Part shown: positions 1-14,425 of the stretch, in pieces | Position numbering within the stretch: the stretch's first letter is position 1 | Layout of the letters: each line of letters opens with the position of its first letter | DNA from: Chrysomallon squamiferum | Lineage: Eukaryota > Animalia > Mollusca | NCBI GenBank assembly: GCA_012295275.1 | Contig: CM022665.1 | Location: forward strand, 11,160,001 to 11,224,000 | DNA: 64,000 nucleotides | Direction: 5' to 3' | Made by a program: the position numbers and the translations under genes | Notes under the pieces: model-generated | Seen by the model: the letters and a program-made list of their open reading frames with translations, nothing else | Databases searched by the model: none | What the model was told of the DNA's origin: nothing

Positions 1-457
1 TTTTATATTTAAACAAATAAAAGACTAAAATAAAACACAATAAAAATTATTAATTTTTATTGTTTACATAAACGATTACAATGCAGATGTGTGTATTAAC
101 TCCTTTTTTTTATTTATCTTTCTGTTACCCAATACACCATTTCACCAATGTCTTGTCTTATAAAGCTATTTATTAATTATGCTACCTATAACAAACAGGT
201 CAGAACAGAATCACAAATTTCATAATTTAATGTAACAACCTTTTTATAATTAACTTGCTTGAAAAAGAACAATGAAATTACATTTTCATCCGTAACATGT
301 TTAAAGATAAATTAATGATGGATTAAAAACAATCTGATAGTTTTGGTAAGTTTATTTGTCTAAGACAGCTTGGTCTGAATAGACAAACGTTAAAATAAAT
401 AAATCACTGGAGGATAATGGAATTCAAAATTAATTCAGGATATACATACACAGAATA

Positions 458-462
<5 letters not shown>

Positions 463-503
<41 letters not shown>

Positions 504-545
504 ATAAACATAAACATACACATACACATACACATGCATACACAC
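463..545. repeat. (TA)n plus (AACATA/CACATA)n microsatellite in the ARMC2 3' region
   Basis: Direct reading. Confidence 0.9.
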
Positions 546-599
546 AAAGATGAACATGAGACCATTTGACCACAACAGGTAATATATATTTTAAAAAAA

Positions 600-3500
600 T
601 CATCCTGGAGCCTCAAGGGCTTCAAATTTGGACTGATATTTTTCTATTCGTTTTAACAGTTGAGTGCCTACAGGGACAAAACTCATCTCCCAGACTTCCT
701 GCAAGCAGTCCAAACTCTCTCCATCACTGTTACCCAGTGCTGACTCTTTGTCTGAAATGAAGGAAAACAATTTCATTTTAGATCATATTTACATTTATAT
801 TTATAATAACAATAACAATAACAATAACAACAACAACAATAATAATAATAATAATAATTAAAATAATGATAATAATAATATGCATATTGAAATATTTTTA
901 CTAGTGTTTCTTTGGACTGTATGAGAGAGTCCTTAGCCAAATGTGTTTTTTATTTCCATGTTAAAGTAAATCTTTGATGATAGGAACAAACAGCCTAAAT
1001 ATGTTTTGTGTACTAAGTGATTGTTTCATTTTCCTCAAGACACAAACGTTTGCTGATAATAAAGTACAACAATAAAATAACAAGCTCAGAAGGCTGAAAT
1101 TTTCCCTTAACATCATTTTATACACAAAAACAACCCGCACACAAAACAAACAAAAAACAACCCATGTCTAACAGACAGAGGATAAAACCACTTTGATTTA
1201 TCAGTCTATCAAAACATACTCAAACGCAATGCAGAGAACTAACTTGGGATAAAATAAAATTTAAATTTAAATTTAAATTAAAGTCATGAAAATTTATCTT
1301 ACTAGTTACAGATAATATTTTGTAAAGTTATAATATGATTAGTGATAATAAATGAATTAGTTTCTACTGAGATACCATTATCTTTTTAGAAAAAAACAAA
1401 AATTAAAAGAAAGAATAATAATAAAAAAATAAATAAAATAAAATAAAATAAAATAAGAAATTTCAACAATAATAAATTTGGTTAAATAGGACAGAAAAGA
1501 GCAATAAAATAATTGTAAGTAAACCTCTTTTTTTTCTTCTTTTTTTTAATGAAATACTTATTAGAATATCAATAAATAAATAAATAAATAAATTAAATTT
1601 TTAAAAATAAAGAAGAAAAGAAACAGGTTGTACCTAGAAACTCAAGTAGTAGTTCAGAAAGTTCCTGTGCTTCTTCGACTCCAAAGCAAGCATTAGAACT
1701 TGTGATTTTTGTGCTGTAGTTACACAGTACTTTACACACTGTGCTGCTCAGATCCCAGTCTTCTTGTCCAAAGTCTCGCAACACCTCTATCAACCTATAA
1801 AAAAAATAAAAATAATGTCATAGAGAGAATGTCCTTCTCCTTTACAGCCACTGTTTCTGTTTTATTATTACTTGAATAATTTTTATAGCAGTCATAATGT
1901 CTTGCTGCAAATCTTGTCAATCTAGAAAAAAGATCCAAATAAATGTCTTTTTTTTTTAAATCATCATTTCTTCATTTTATTGTTACTTGTTAAGAAGAAA
2001 AAAAGAAAAAATTAAATATCACCATTTCTTCATTATTACTTGAATAATTTTTACTGTTGTCATAAGTATAGCTACAAATCTTATCAATCTAGAAAAAAAA
2101 AAACATTTCACAGAATCTTTCTCTTTTTTTTCTTTTTATCATCACTTTTGGATTTTATTATTACTTGAATAGTTTTTACTGTTGTCATAAAGACTCACAA
2201 CATCACTATCAACCTTGAACAAAAAAAAAAAAAATGAAATATCACAGCAAATATCTTTCTTTTATTTTTTAGTCACTGTTTGTTCCATTTTATTATTACT
2301 TGAATAGTTTTTACAGTAGTAATAAAGTCTTTATTAAATCTTACCTAAGTTAATAAACAGAATTAAATGTTTCACTTTTCAAGAGAATGTTTTTTGTATT
2401 TCTTTTTTTTTGTCACCATTTTCTTATTTTAATTATTACTGGAATAGTTTTTATTGAAGTCTAGCTGCACATTTTGTCAAAATGTATTAAGAGAGTTTGT
2501 TTTTTTCTTTCCTTTTATGTCATCATTTCTTATTTAACTACTTTTTTGAAACTGTTTTTACTGAAATCATGAAGTCTTGTTAGAGATCTTTTCAAATTTG
2601 ATTAATGGAATTAATTGTAATTCTGTCCAATTGTGTTTTTAAAAGAGTTTTTTTTTTTTTTTTTTTAATTTTTAAATGTTTCTTTCCTTGTCTCATTTTA
2701 TTATAATTGGAATAGGTTTTATTGTAATCAGGAAGTTTTGTTTGATTTTATCAACCTTTTGTGGCAATATTCTCTGAAAAATGTTTTTCCATTAATTTTA
2801 TTTCATAGCAACAAATTTATTAACTTTGTAATTATTAAACATATAATGGAATTAAATCTGATATTTTTTCTCCATTATTTTATTTGCAGGAGTTGACATA
2901 TGAGTATAAATCACATTATGAACATAAAAATTTAATTTTTAATTCAGACAAATCTTTTTTTTTTGTTGTAAATTTAAAAAATGAATATGAAAATAAAGAT
3001 CAAAATAATGTTTACAGATTACATATAAAAATTAATACTGACTTCTTGATGCCACCTTCCTTTTTCAAAACAGGCCTTCGGGATTCATCTGACATAAAAT
3101 TAACAAGCACTCCACATGCATTATACACCACTTCTCTACTTCCACAGTCCAGCAGAGAGATCATCATTTCATCAACTGAAACAAAGAAAATCACAGACAA
3201 TCATAATTAATTAATTAAATATCAAACATACTGGTATAAAGAATAACAAACTTTGAAATACTCCTAATTACTTTAATTTTTGTTTTTATGTGAACAAATT
3301 CTTAAAAAATGTATATTTATGTAGATTACCACCACAAACTGGAATTCATTATGAAATATAGAACATCTATTTCTTGCTCTACCCCATCTTCTTCGATATG
3401 CTTTCTTGTAAAAGTGAATACTAACTTTTGTTCTTGGCCAGGAAATCTCTAACATTCTTGTGTCGTGTCAAGTTTCCAAATACTCGGGATGCTTCCAGTA

Positions 3501-3793
3501 TGGCTTCCATGTTGCCAGGCAACATCAGTTTTAGAAGTACTGTAACAATAAAAATGACTTGAAAGTAACTTCTGGTAATAAAATGACTGTGGGATGATCA
3601 GTAGACAAGCACAATTATATCAAACATCCTTAATTACAGACAGGCAGGAAGTAGACAGATACAGAGCAAATTGATATAATAAAGATACAGAGCAAGAAAT
3701 AAACATAAAAAAAAATATAATGATGAATATATAAATATTCAGGTTAAATAAGATAAAAAAATATATTGCCAAAGAATAGTAACAATAAAAAAA

Positions 3794-3841
<48 letters not shown>

Positions 3842-5407
3842 GATAATATAAATAATGTGTGCAAACATGCAGTGTTTGTTAATAACAATAAAATATATGT
3901 TGACTAAAGACTATAAAAACACTCACATTCAGCTAACTTGATCTCTTGAGAGACAATAACACTAGTCTTCACTGTGTAGAAAGACAGGTTGTTTATAGTG
4001 GCCACAGTGTTTAACATTAATTCTTCACTATCACTGATGTCTCTTGATTCTGCAAAGAAGTAGAAATAAACGTATCAGTATACTGTTAAATTTTCTTTTT
4101 TTTATATATTTTTTCCAATTAACCTATTGAGCATCTTTAGTGACAACAATAGCAGTTGAGATTTGCACTTTCCATGAAATGATTGCCATTTTAAAGATTT
4201 TTATTTTCTCTACAAAATATGCTGTATTTAGTTGACAGTTGGAGAGAAAAAGTATAAAAACAAATCCTTCACCAGAATCTTATTTACCAAAACCACCTTG
4301 TTTAGTCATAATTATAATAAGGAATACAAAAATATGTTTTTCTAATATCAGCTGAAATGGTACAGTAAACCCTTTATTTAACAGATCCTGGACACAGAAA
4401 CTTTAGTGGATGAATTTTTTTGGACCAATTGATGGCATCTGTAATGGATACAATACTTGTTAGGCCATGCCAGGTATGTTTGGTATGGACTGACGATCAA
4501 TTTTGTGTCTATGTGATTATTTAGTAATCATAACTGTTAACATTTTAATAGAATATCTTTTTATTACAGTATTAAAATGATTGTTAAAATATTAAAATTG
4601 AGGGTGTAGTGTATTTAGCTCATTCTGAAGCTAGTTTGTGTATTTATTTACTTTTTGTTTTGTTTTAATTCTTACATACCAATAATATTTAAGAGTAGTA
4701 TGATGCATTTCTCATTGTCTGCAATCTGAGGCCCAACCAGTTCATTGATAGACAGGTTAGCTATAACTCTGACATCTTTCACCATCACATCATCTATCTT
4801 ACTTATATCTTCTGTGCCTTTGTCATCAGTTGAAGAATTATTTGTCTTCATCTTGATCTGAGAGAAGAACAAAAATCAACAAAATTATATATTGAAAAGG
4901 TACCTGTAGTAAAAAGAAAAAATTAGTCAAATACCAAGCAAAATAATTCCTGATGACAAATAGCAAAGAGAAGAATTTAAATAGTATATGTTACAAAAAT
5001 TAATTGACTTACCTGTTTATACTTATTGTCGTAATGTTTTAATACTGAAAGTAATGTGTCCATGGAATTCTTTTCCTGGAAGAGTCTCATTCGTGCATCA
5101 TCATTCTTGGCTGTCAAGTTGCCAAGAACAAAAAATAACCTGACAACCAGATCCTGAAGTACAGTGTGAAATATTAAAACCACAAGAATACATGTAAATG
5201 TTTTTTAAATATCCAAAAAATAAAAAATAAATGGTTTTAATAACCCTTTACAAAATCTGAAATTAGTTAATCTGCATGCAAGGAATTAAAAACATCAATA
5301 GAAAATGTAACTTATATAAAATGTAATATGTATTGTATGGCACTGCTAATTTCATACATGCATAATTCTTTTAAAAATGAAACTCAGGTAAAACATGTAA
5401 AAATTTT

Positions 5408-5459
<52 letters not shown>

Positions 5460-8400
5460 CTAAATTTATTTGAATTTCAAAGTAGGTATTCTCTGTGGTA
5501 CAGGCAGTTTTAAATGTCAATGTGCTATAATAAAGACATACAATTATGAATACTTTAACTATTAATAACAGCTGGGTTTTTTTGTTTGTTTTTTTAAATG
5601 TCATTAAAGAATACATCAATCTGTAACAACTGCTTTTTAGTAAAACAAAAAATAAAAAAAAATTTGTATTTTCTTTTTCTTTGTTACTTTACCTCATTGT
5701 GTAACTGATTATTGATCAGATTCAGGATAGCTTTGTAGCAGCCATGTTGGCTGGCAAGAACTTGACAACAGTCAGTATGCAGTGTGATCTTACTGAAAAA
5801 CAAACATTATTTTAAAAGTGTCATTCACTTTTCATGCAAATAGTTCATTACATTTAAATATGCACTGTGGCATTCATAATTCTTTCCTTCATACAGTCAG
5901 TTAATGTGTGGTTCATGTGTAACATTGCATACCTGAAAATTCGAGATATGTAGAGCATGAGATCACTGTCAGTAGGGTACTCATCCATCAGTTGGGCCAA
6001 ACTCTCTGTAGTACCACTCTTGATGAATCTTTCCCTTCCAGAGCTGCAGTCAGCCAGATTTCTAAGAGCAGCAGCAAGCTAAATAATTTTAAAAAAAAAA
6101 TCACTATTATTATTTTTTTTTTTTTAGTTTCATAATTTCAATCCTATCAAATACAGTGTTTCCCGTATGCAGGAATAGGAGAGCAGCCCACCCTGCCCCA
6201 TTTTGGGGCTGTCCTTGTGCCTGGAATTCAGAATATGCCTACCCTTCTTTGCCCAAATTCTCAATAAAATGTGCAAATAATTATTGCAGTATTGCCTCAA
6301 ATCTGTCATCTGCAGGCATCAGATTTTCAAGCAAACAACATTTTACACTAATAAATAATACAAACTGTATTTTTGTAGCACTAATAAACAAACACAAACA
6401 GCATTTTTTTGCACTAATAAACAAATACAAATGTTACTTTTTAGTTCAATCAGATATTCACAAAAGTTTAATTATGTCATCCTGTGAATTCTGCTATTTT
6501 GAAGACAGATAATATGAAAAAATGTCCCTTTTTCAGTCTGGGGGAAACACTAAAATATGTAAGATATATGTATCTAGTTAAACTTCTAAAATATGTTTTA
6601 TATACATTTCCACATGATTGTTTTATTTAACAAAAATTACTGTTTATGTAAACTTGAGCAGAAGATACCAGGTAATTCTTAGAAAAATAATCATGTATAT
6701 CACTTACCTGTACAAGTATGTGTCCAAACTGTTCATTAACTTTACCACAGTCACGATTCTACAAATAAATAAAAATATAAACTGAATATTCTAATTTAAT
6801 TATTAAAATATATATATTAACAAACCTAACAGAAGACCATATATTATCAAATCTTAAAATCAATCTTTTTCATTAAAAAAAAAAAATCAAAATAAATTAA
6901 AAATTAAATAAAACATTACAAAAGGATTTATGTTGTATTTAAATCTTTAAATAATTTAATACTATAGCAAATTTGATTAAGCATAAAATATGATAATTAA
7001 TTAACTTATATTATTGCTATAGTAATTCCATATATTACCCCTGTCCTCTGTTTCTGTGTATTGGTCTAAATTGGAATAAAATGTAAGAAAAGAAAACTGA
7101 TTTTTAAATGAAATTTATTTTTCAGTTTTGTTAACTAAATATGATATACATATATATCTTTATTAAATGACAAAAAAAAAAAAAAAAAAAGATTTTATCC
7201 CTCTGCACAATTCAGATATTAATATACATTACCAATAAATAAAAAGGGTAAAATAATAAATAAATAAATAAATAAATAAATAAATGATGTGAAATACTCT
7301 CTAGATAAAGGAATTGGTAATTCAGAAAGATTTCAAATTTTATTATTGTAGACACTTACAGTTTTTTGTATGTTTTGCATAAGTTTGGTCAGAATTTCAA
7401 TGCAGTCCTTTGTAGCTAACTTTTTTAATATTGTTGCATTGCCAGTGAGAAATTTCACTGCTCCAACACAGTACACCAAACCTTCACATGAAGCCACATG
7501 GTCCGAAAACCTAATAGTGTTTAACATCAGGTCTGAAATATGAATTTTGGTGTCTGCTTAGTTAAACACACACATATATAATAAACATAATTTAAAAATT
7601 AAAAAAATATAAATAATTAAAAAAATTTTTTTTTTCATTTCATTTTTCATTTTTACATATAAACACAAAAATTTGTGATTCCTCAAAAAACAATAAATAA
7701 AATTTAAAATTTAAAAAAAAAAAAAAATAATAATACTTATGATCATGATTATAATAACAGAAATAACAAAAATAACAACAGAGAAAAAAAAAAAAACAGT
7801 AAACAGGGAAATAAAGCATTAAGAAAAGGAAAACTTCAATCCTGAACCACAGTTAAGAAACATACAGTATAAATTGAACTGTAGAATAAGATTAATAAAA
7901 TATTTAAAGAAACATTTTTGCTGAAAAACAACGTACCTAAGATGTTACCATCCAAGAAATATAAGTCATTTTTTTCATTCCGACTGACTTTGAAGATGAG
8001 CTTACACACATTGAGTAGATTGTTTCCACTAACTTTAAACTGAAATAAAAGAAAAACAGTAAACATTTATCAGATCATTAATAAAAAGAAGTAATATCTA
8101 TTTATACAAAAACAGTTTTTTTTTAAATTCACATATACAAATAAATAAACCAAGAAAATTAAATAAATTTGAATTAGCAGGAATATGTATATTTATTTTT
8201 CAATAAACTATTTATAATAAACATAAACCATATTCTCAGTCTTTGATAATAAAGCTTTGTTATTAAGCTTTGAATTCGGTTCAGTTCTGTTTAAAGCTAA
8301 ATATAACTATGGCAAATGCATCTACTATAATGTAGTGATGGAACTGGATTTTGAAAATAAAGCATTTTCTAAGACTGTGAAAGACATAGTATAAAAACAG

Positions 8401-11400
8401 ATAAAACATAATAAATTTAATGACTGTTTAGACTAATCTTTGATAGAAAGTAACAAAAAAGTCCCCAATCTTTGTTAGAAATGAAATCAAGATGCAGATA
8501 CATATAATCTAAATAAAAGTTTAAAATCCATGTCCTATTTTTATTAGTTGAAACAAATCATCAAGAAACTGATATTTGAATAACAAGAAAAAAGACTATA
8601 ACTCACAGCTAGGATTAAACGAGCTAGTTTGAGCAACACTCGAGGTTCATCGACATCCAGCAATTTGAAAATGGCTTTCAGTATACTAGCTCTTTGTTTG
8701 TAGTGTTTCTTTAGTTTATTGCCTTTGTTTAGAACATTGTAGAGTTCCTCAGCTAGTTCAAATATGTGGTCATTATCTTTTTCTGAAACCAAAATAAAAT
8801 TAAATTAAATTTAAAAAACAAAACCAAAAACCAACAACATTATACTTCCATTGATTTAGATATGTTAAAAATAAAAAATTAAAATAAAATTCTGAAAACA
8901 AAACCACATTATTTTTCAACTGCAGACAGGTATGGTATTAACAGAATATTATTTTAACATCTTTCATACCTAACTGCTATGAATAAATAGGTAAGTTGTT
9001 ACTGTGAGACCAAAATTGCAATAAAACATTTTAATTTTTTAATTTTTAATAAATACTGTTGCATAAAGTAGGACAAAAAGAAAATTAGCTTGTACAGACA
9101 CAACAAGAGATTAAAATTCACATAAAAATATTTAAAACAAGTTATAAAAGATAGTGTATGAAGGAAATATGTTGACAAACAATAACTTACTCTTTCCCAT
9201 GCTAGCAAACTCATCCAAGATAGGTGCCACAGATGCATTGTAAAATGATTCATCTGCACTATCATCAAATTCTCGCTTTCCAGCACTACCTGAAATATTT
9301 AACAAAATGTTTTTAAAAATAAAAGTGAGTCTGTGCCTTGCAAATGCATAAAATCTGACAATTAATATGTGCTTTGGCTATCAGAATTTTACTTATGTTC
9401 AAAAATATTTCACTAATTAAAATCTGATCTGTTATTATGCCCTTTTTGACTAGATCAGTTGTAACAAAGTCTCCATACCTCTCATGCAACTGTTATTTTA
9501 TTTCTCTTGATCTGGCATTTCTGTATTAAGGGATTATTTACATACACATGCTAACTGTTAACAGAAAACCATGCAGTACAAATAAACATCTGAGTCCAGC
9601 TTTTTAAATAAAGAACCAAAAACAGAACTGATTTAAAAGAAAAATTAAAAAACAAATTTAAAATCTTACCTGTTCTGCTGGACTTGCCAGCACTGCTTGT
9701 TCTGCGAGTGCTACCTCCACTTCCAACCCTGGATTCTGAGGTGTCTCTACTACCAGCACTAACAACAGAAATTGTTTTTAACAGTTATACTGAATTAGCT
9801 GATGTAGTATACATATATGCAGCAAATCTAAAAGCAATCATTTATTTTTGACATACCAGAAAAATAAATTGAGAATGTTTATAAAAATAAAAATTAAATC
9901 ATAAATAGATGAATATAATTTAAATACTTTAAAGGAAAAGATAAATACATTCTGTGTAACAGTATAAAGTATTAGTTTCTGAAAAAAGGAACAAAAATAA
10001 AGAAATATCAAACTATCAAACTGAAATTAGCTAACCTGCTAGGGGGACTGTTTACAGCCATAGAGCTTGATGTTCTGGCTGGAGTCTCCCTCCCATCTCC
10101 CACACCCCTCTCTTCTACAGGAAGGACAGATGGCCTTTCTTTAGAAATGCTTCCAGTTCTATGAGGCACATCTTAGAAACATAAAACATTTATTATTATT
10201 ATTACTACATAAACAGAGAACCAACATCTGGGGAAATACCTTTATATATTTTTTTATATTTTTTTTTTTAATGAAAAGAAAGAAGAAAGAAGCAGTAACA
10301 AATTGGGGTTTTCAGAAAACTGGTAGTACCATCATAACCAGGGAGAGAACTTTCAACATGCATTGAGTTCTAAGAAAAACGAAAATCAGTCAATATAATT
10401 TAGAAGCACCTCCAACCAACCAACGAATCCATATTTATGTCTTTTTCCTTGATGGCATTCAAATATGAATGAAAGAATCATAGTCAAAATGTTTTTGTAC
10501 TAATGTAAGTAGAATAACATTAATTCAGTAATACCGTCTGTCATAGATCCACTTCGGGCTCTTGTTGGAGATGTTCCATCTGGATGTCCAGGTATGTCCA
10601 CACTACTGGATGGAAATAATTTAGGACGAGTACCTTTTCTAGATGGTGGCTTGTTAGGATCTGGTGGTGGTTTGGGCTGCAAGTGTTGAGAATCAAGATC
10701 ACCAGCTGATGGTGGTCTTGGTGTCTGAAACAAGTACATTTACATGTATACTTCTATACTGTGTTTTAAATGTAGTTATAAGCAGTTATATTATTTTACA
10801 AATATTTTGTAATCATCTGTTTTTTAAATATATTTTAATACACTGGAGAATAATGGTAATGGTAATGGTAATGATAACGGTAAGATTAATAACAAATATT
10901 AATTAGAAATGAAATAATAAAATGTATTAACTGTACTTTTTTTACTTCTTTAAATACATATAAATATAAATTAATAAATATTTTGAAATTAATTTACTGC
11001 TAAATGCTCTGGATATATCCAATTATATATGGAGATTAACCAAATCAGAAAACAAAAATAAAGTAAATAAATTTGATAAAGAATTAGAGAGCACTTTATT
11101 TTGTAAATAGATATTTTAAATCTGTCAGACTTAAAAGAATTATAGTAATCTAGATTTTAAGATATATAACATTTTATGCTAGGCTGTCAATTGGTACAAA
11201 GCAAATGAGTTCTTGTCAGGTCAAATTCTGTAATAAGTTTGGTTAACAAATTCATCGCATTAGTAAAATAACTGATTTAATAATAAGAAACAATTTAGAA
11301 ATCAAAATGTTATTTACAAATATTACCTTAATTTCAGTTCGCACTCGAAAATCAGCCACTTCGCTGGAGCACTGCAAAGCCAAGGACACAAATAGAGAAC

Positions 11401-14113
11401 TTGAAACTTTAAATAATAATATTCTTTTATTCCCAAGTTTCACATTTTTGGAACTTATGCAGATTGAAAAGTCATTTTACACACTGTCCTAACTTAATAA
11501 ACAGAGATAAAATAAAACAAGAATAAAGTGAAAAAAAATTTTTTTTTTTTTTTTTTTAAATCAGAGGTTTCCTCATTGTGTGACACATGCATTTGAATAA
11601 ACAGTTAGAAAACATGGATCCTGTTGAAGCATTGTAATTACATTAAATTTTGTTTTTCAAAACAAATCACAAACACTCATCAATTAATATATAAATAAAA
11701 AAGAATTGTCTATTTTTATGGCTTCTGTCATTTTGGCGAAAATTTTATTTGATTCATATGATAAAAAAAATATGTGATGTGTACACATCTTAAATATTTT
11801 CTGATTATTGTAGGTTGCCACATAATGAGAAAGCTGCTAAGAGAAATTATAAACAAGAATTTCTGTTTGTTAGTTTTAAGAGTGGATGTAAATCATTATA
11901 AACAGAAATATACAAGAGACAAATGTTTTAAAATATTATGATACTTTATAAAACTATATCCCTAGTCTGGGTTTTATAAACTAGGTTTATATATAAGGAA
12001 ACCATTATAACAACAGATTTGTAATATATATTATTTATTTATTTATTTATTTATTTATAGTTTTAATTATATTTCTTTTTCTGCTTTCACACTATTACAG
12101 ATCAAACAGCTGTGTGAAGTAATCAATAATATGCAATAATAATGATCCAAATTTCAGGTAGATTTGTGAAATGAAAGGAAGATTGGAAATGATAAAGAAC
12201 ACATAAATATTATCTTTGTACAGACATACAATATATACTGCAAAAAAAAAAAAAAAAAAAAAAGAAAAAAAGAAAAATAAGAAGAAGAAAGCTAACAGTT
12301 ACAAGCAAATAAAATAATGAATTGGAAAAAGAAAATATTTAGAAAACTGGAAAAACTATTTTGTTTAATTTTATATAGGAAACTATTCCAAAGCTCTGAT
12401 CATACATTCATTTATTTAGCAAAACAAGCAAATAGGCTCATCTAGCATGTAAAAAAAATTAAAATGCTTAAAACAAAAATAAGATATAATGTAATTATAA
12501 TGAATGCGAAGCATTTTATGCTTCTTCAACATGATGAAACAATTTCAGATTTGTGTCAGAGAAAATGCAACATGCAAGTGTTAGAATGTTCATCATTACA
12601 TAGTCTTTCTACTCGTTTCAGTTTATGGTGGAGATAGATTTTAAAACAGTAAATGTAAACTGATGCCAAACACAAATCTAATGTTAAAAAGAATAAAGAT
12701 AGTGCAGCAAATATTTTGTCTACATAACACATAAACATGCATTAGCTATTTACGGACACAAAACTACATATATTGTCAGGACAGTGTGCTTTAGAAATGT
12801 GTGCTCAAAAATGCCAAAATTATATTTTAAAATGTTAATAATTTAGTCAAAGTTAGCAGAGTCAAGTTCTCACCTTCTGTGCATAGCACAAATACTTTAA
12901 TCAATGACATACACTGTACATCATGAATTTAACATGCCACTGTATTAATTTAAGTGGCCAAGATCATGTGAAAATGCAACATTAAATTAATATGTGTGGC
13001 CTCCTTTGAGATTTTACTTTCCCAATAACACTGTTTTGTTTGACAGCCGATTTAAGAAACAGATTTGTATTCATATACACATGTTTTGAAAATAGATGTT
13101 AAATATTATATGAGTTATTTTATCTTCAGAACCTGAAAAGCCACATTAACAAACGATGGGTCACACAGGGCTGGGTTAACAAAAGACTGGATAATAAAAT
13201 ATTTACGAAAATAATGATGCAAGACTTATTATATTTTTCAATTACTGGAATTAATCATGATAATGATTTTTGTTTGAAATAAATGTGTTGTATTATTAAT
13301 GTCAGTATGGTAATATTTAACTGCATTATCACATTAATTTCATGTTTTACAGTGTCTGTAGGATAACTGCCATCAAGCTGCTGTTAAACAGTTTCTTCCA
13401 CATATTTACCTTCTTTGATTTTATACAAACTAGCACCCGAATTATAACAAATTGTTGAATTTAGATTCACATTTAATCTTTATATTTTCTAACCAAAACC
13501 AGTATTAACATCAAAGAATGGTTAAATAACAAATACATATTTATAAGTATTCAATTTAACTGTTGACATTTGCATCCAAAAAGAAATTTTTTAAAATGAA
13601 TTAAATTCTTAATCTTACCGAGTTGTAAATTGTATTAGAATCAAAGAAGGTGAAAGACTAATTCCAAAAGCAAACATATACCTCCATAAATAATAATATA
13701 TACAAAAAAAATAATTTAAATTTAAAAAAAAGTAACAACAACAAATACAGATTTCACTTTACACTTTACTAAAATTACTCACATAGTCAAGAGGTGATAA
13801 CCGTGTTCCTGAAACTGGTCTTGAATCTGGTCCATCGAAATGTCTGGAGTTTAAACTATGAGTAAAAATTAAACATCAATGTTTGGTTAATGAAATAATA
13901 ATGAATTCCTGTATAATACTGTAAAAAATATCTGTTAAGCGTCTGTGTAATTTTTTAAAATGTAATGTTTACTATCTTATTATTATCATTAAATAATGGG
14001 CACAAAAAAGATGAAGTAATTCTCTTTTTTTTTTACATCCAGCATCATTTGGTATCATTCTGATAACATTATGACAATAAACAATTAAAAAAAAAAAAAA
14101 AAAAAAAAAAAAC

Positions 14114-14178
<65 letters not shown>

Positions 14179-14425
14179 ACTTCTTCAGTTCTTGCTAAAA
14201 CTGTTTACCATTCTGTACAAACCTGAATGTACTAGGAGGCCGAGATTCTGGGTTCCTGGAAGTTGATAAAGGAAACAAGGTACGCCTGTCATCACGGGGA
14301 GTGAATGGCCTTGTTGTGGTCACTGATCTCAGGGATGACCTTGCTTCATTGATAATTTTTGAACTGGTATTCACTTTTTCTGGCAGTGCATAAAAGGGAC
14401 GATCTTTCTGTTTCTTTGGATCCAT
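600..14425 (-). CDS. ARMC2: Armadillo repeat-containing protein 2 (ciliary/flagellar ARM-repeat protein), ~846 aa from 19 exons, or ~861 aa with the optional exon
   Basis: Minus-strand GT-AG exons with consistent phases: 14425-14223, 13855-13783, [11371-11327 optional], 10724-10535, 10171-10036, 9758-9670, 9289-9191, 8782-8607, 8039-7937, 7532-7360, 6758-6708, 6078-5933, 5792-5693, 5153-5013, 4857-4680, 4049-3927, 3539-3426, 3175-3043, 1794-1634, 751-600 (TGA at 602-600). ARMC2-like motifs: TSSKIINEARSSLRSVTTTRPFTPRD, RPPSTFS..DSRPVSGTRLSPL, GNNLLNVCKLIFKVSRNEKND, DLVVRLFFVLGNLTAKND, ACGVLVNF. Confidence 0.93.
803..880. repeat. (AAC)n/(AAT)n microsatellite
   Basis: Direct reading. Confidence 0.9.
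1770..2830. repeat. Degenerate tandem array (~110-135 bp unit, about 8 copies) in an ARMC2 intron
   Basis: Recurring TTATTACTTGAATA(A/G)TTTTTA..GTCATAA..ATCTT(A/G)TCAA units. The copy at ~2189-2215 reproduces the adjacent exon start and acceptor (1771-1796). Confidence 0.8.
4363..4611. mobile_element. Possible old Tc1/mariner-type MITE
   Basis: TA-CAGTAAACCCTT ... GAGGGTGTAGTG-TA, an imperfect 12-bp TIR (3 mismatches) with TA flanks. Confidence 0.35.
5412..5453. repeat. (TA)n microsatellite
   Basis: Direct reading. Confidence 0.9.
6154..6552. mobile_element. hAT-like non-autonomous element remnant in an ARMC2 intron
   Basis: Ends CAGTGTTTCCC and GGGAAACACT(A) are inverted repeats of the hAT type. 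The interior is GC-richer with three CACTAATAAA-containing repeats. No clean 8-bp TSD. Confidence 0.5.
11327..11371 (-). CDS. ARMC2: Candidate 45-nt in-frame cassette exon of ARMC2 (CSSEVADFRVRTEIK)
   Basis: Polypyrimidine tract and TTGCAG acceptor, AAG|GTAATA donor, 45 nt, phase 0-0 matching the flanking exons, no stop codon, GC-richer than the surrounding intron. Confidence 0.6.
14087..14172. repeat. Poly-A plus (AAT)n microsatellite
   Basis: Direct reading. Confidence 0.9.

Noticed and set aside
7499-7510. Third GGTCCGA occurrence as a possible Y RNA
   Set aside because: It lies in an ARMC2 coding exon with no matching TTGAC stem, TATA or terminator.
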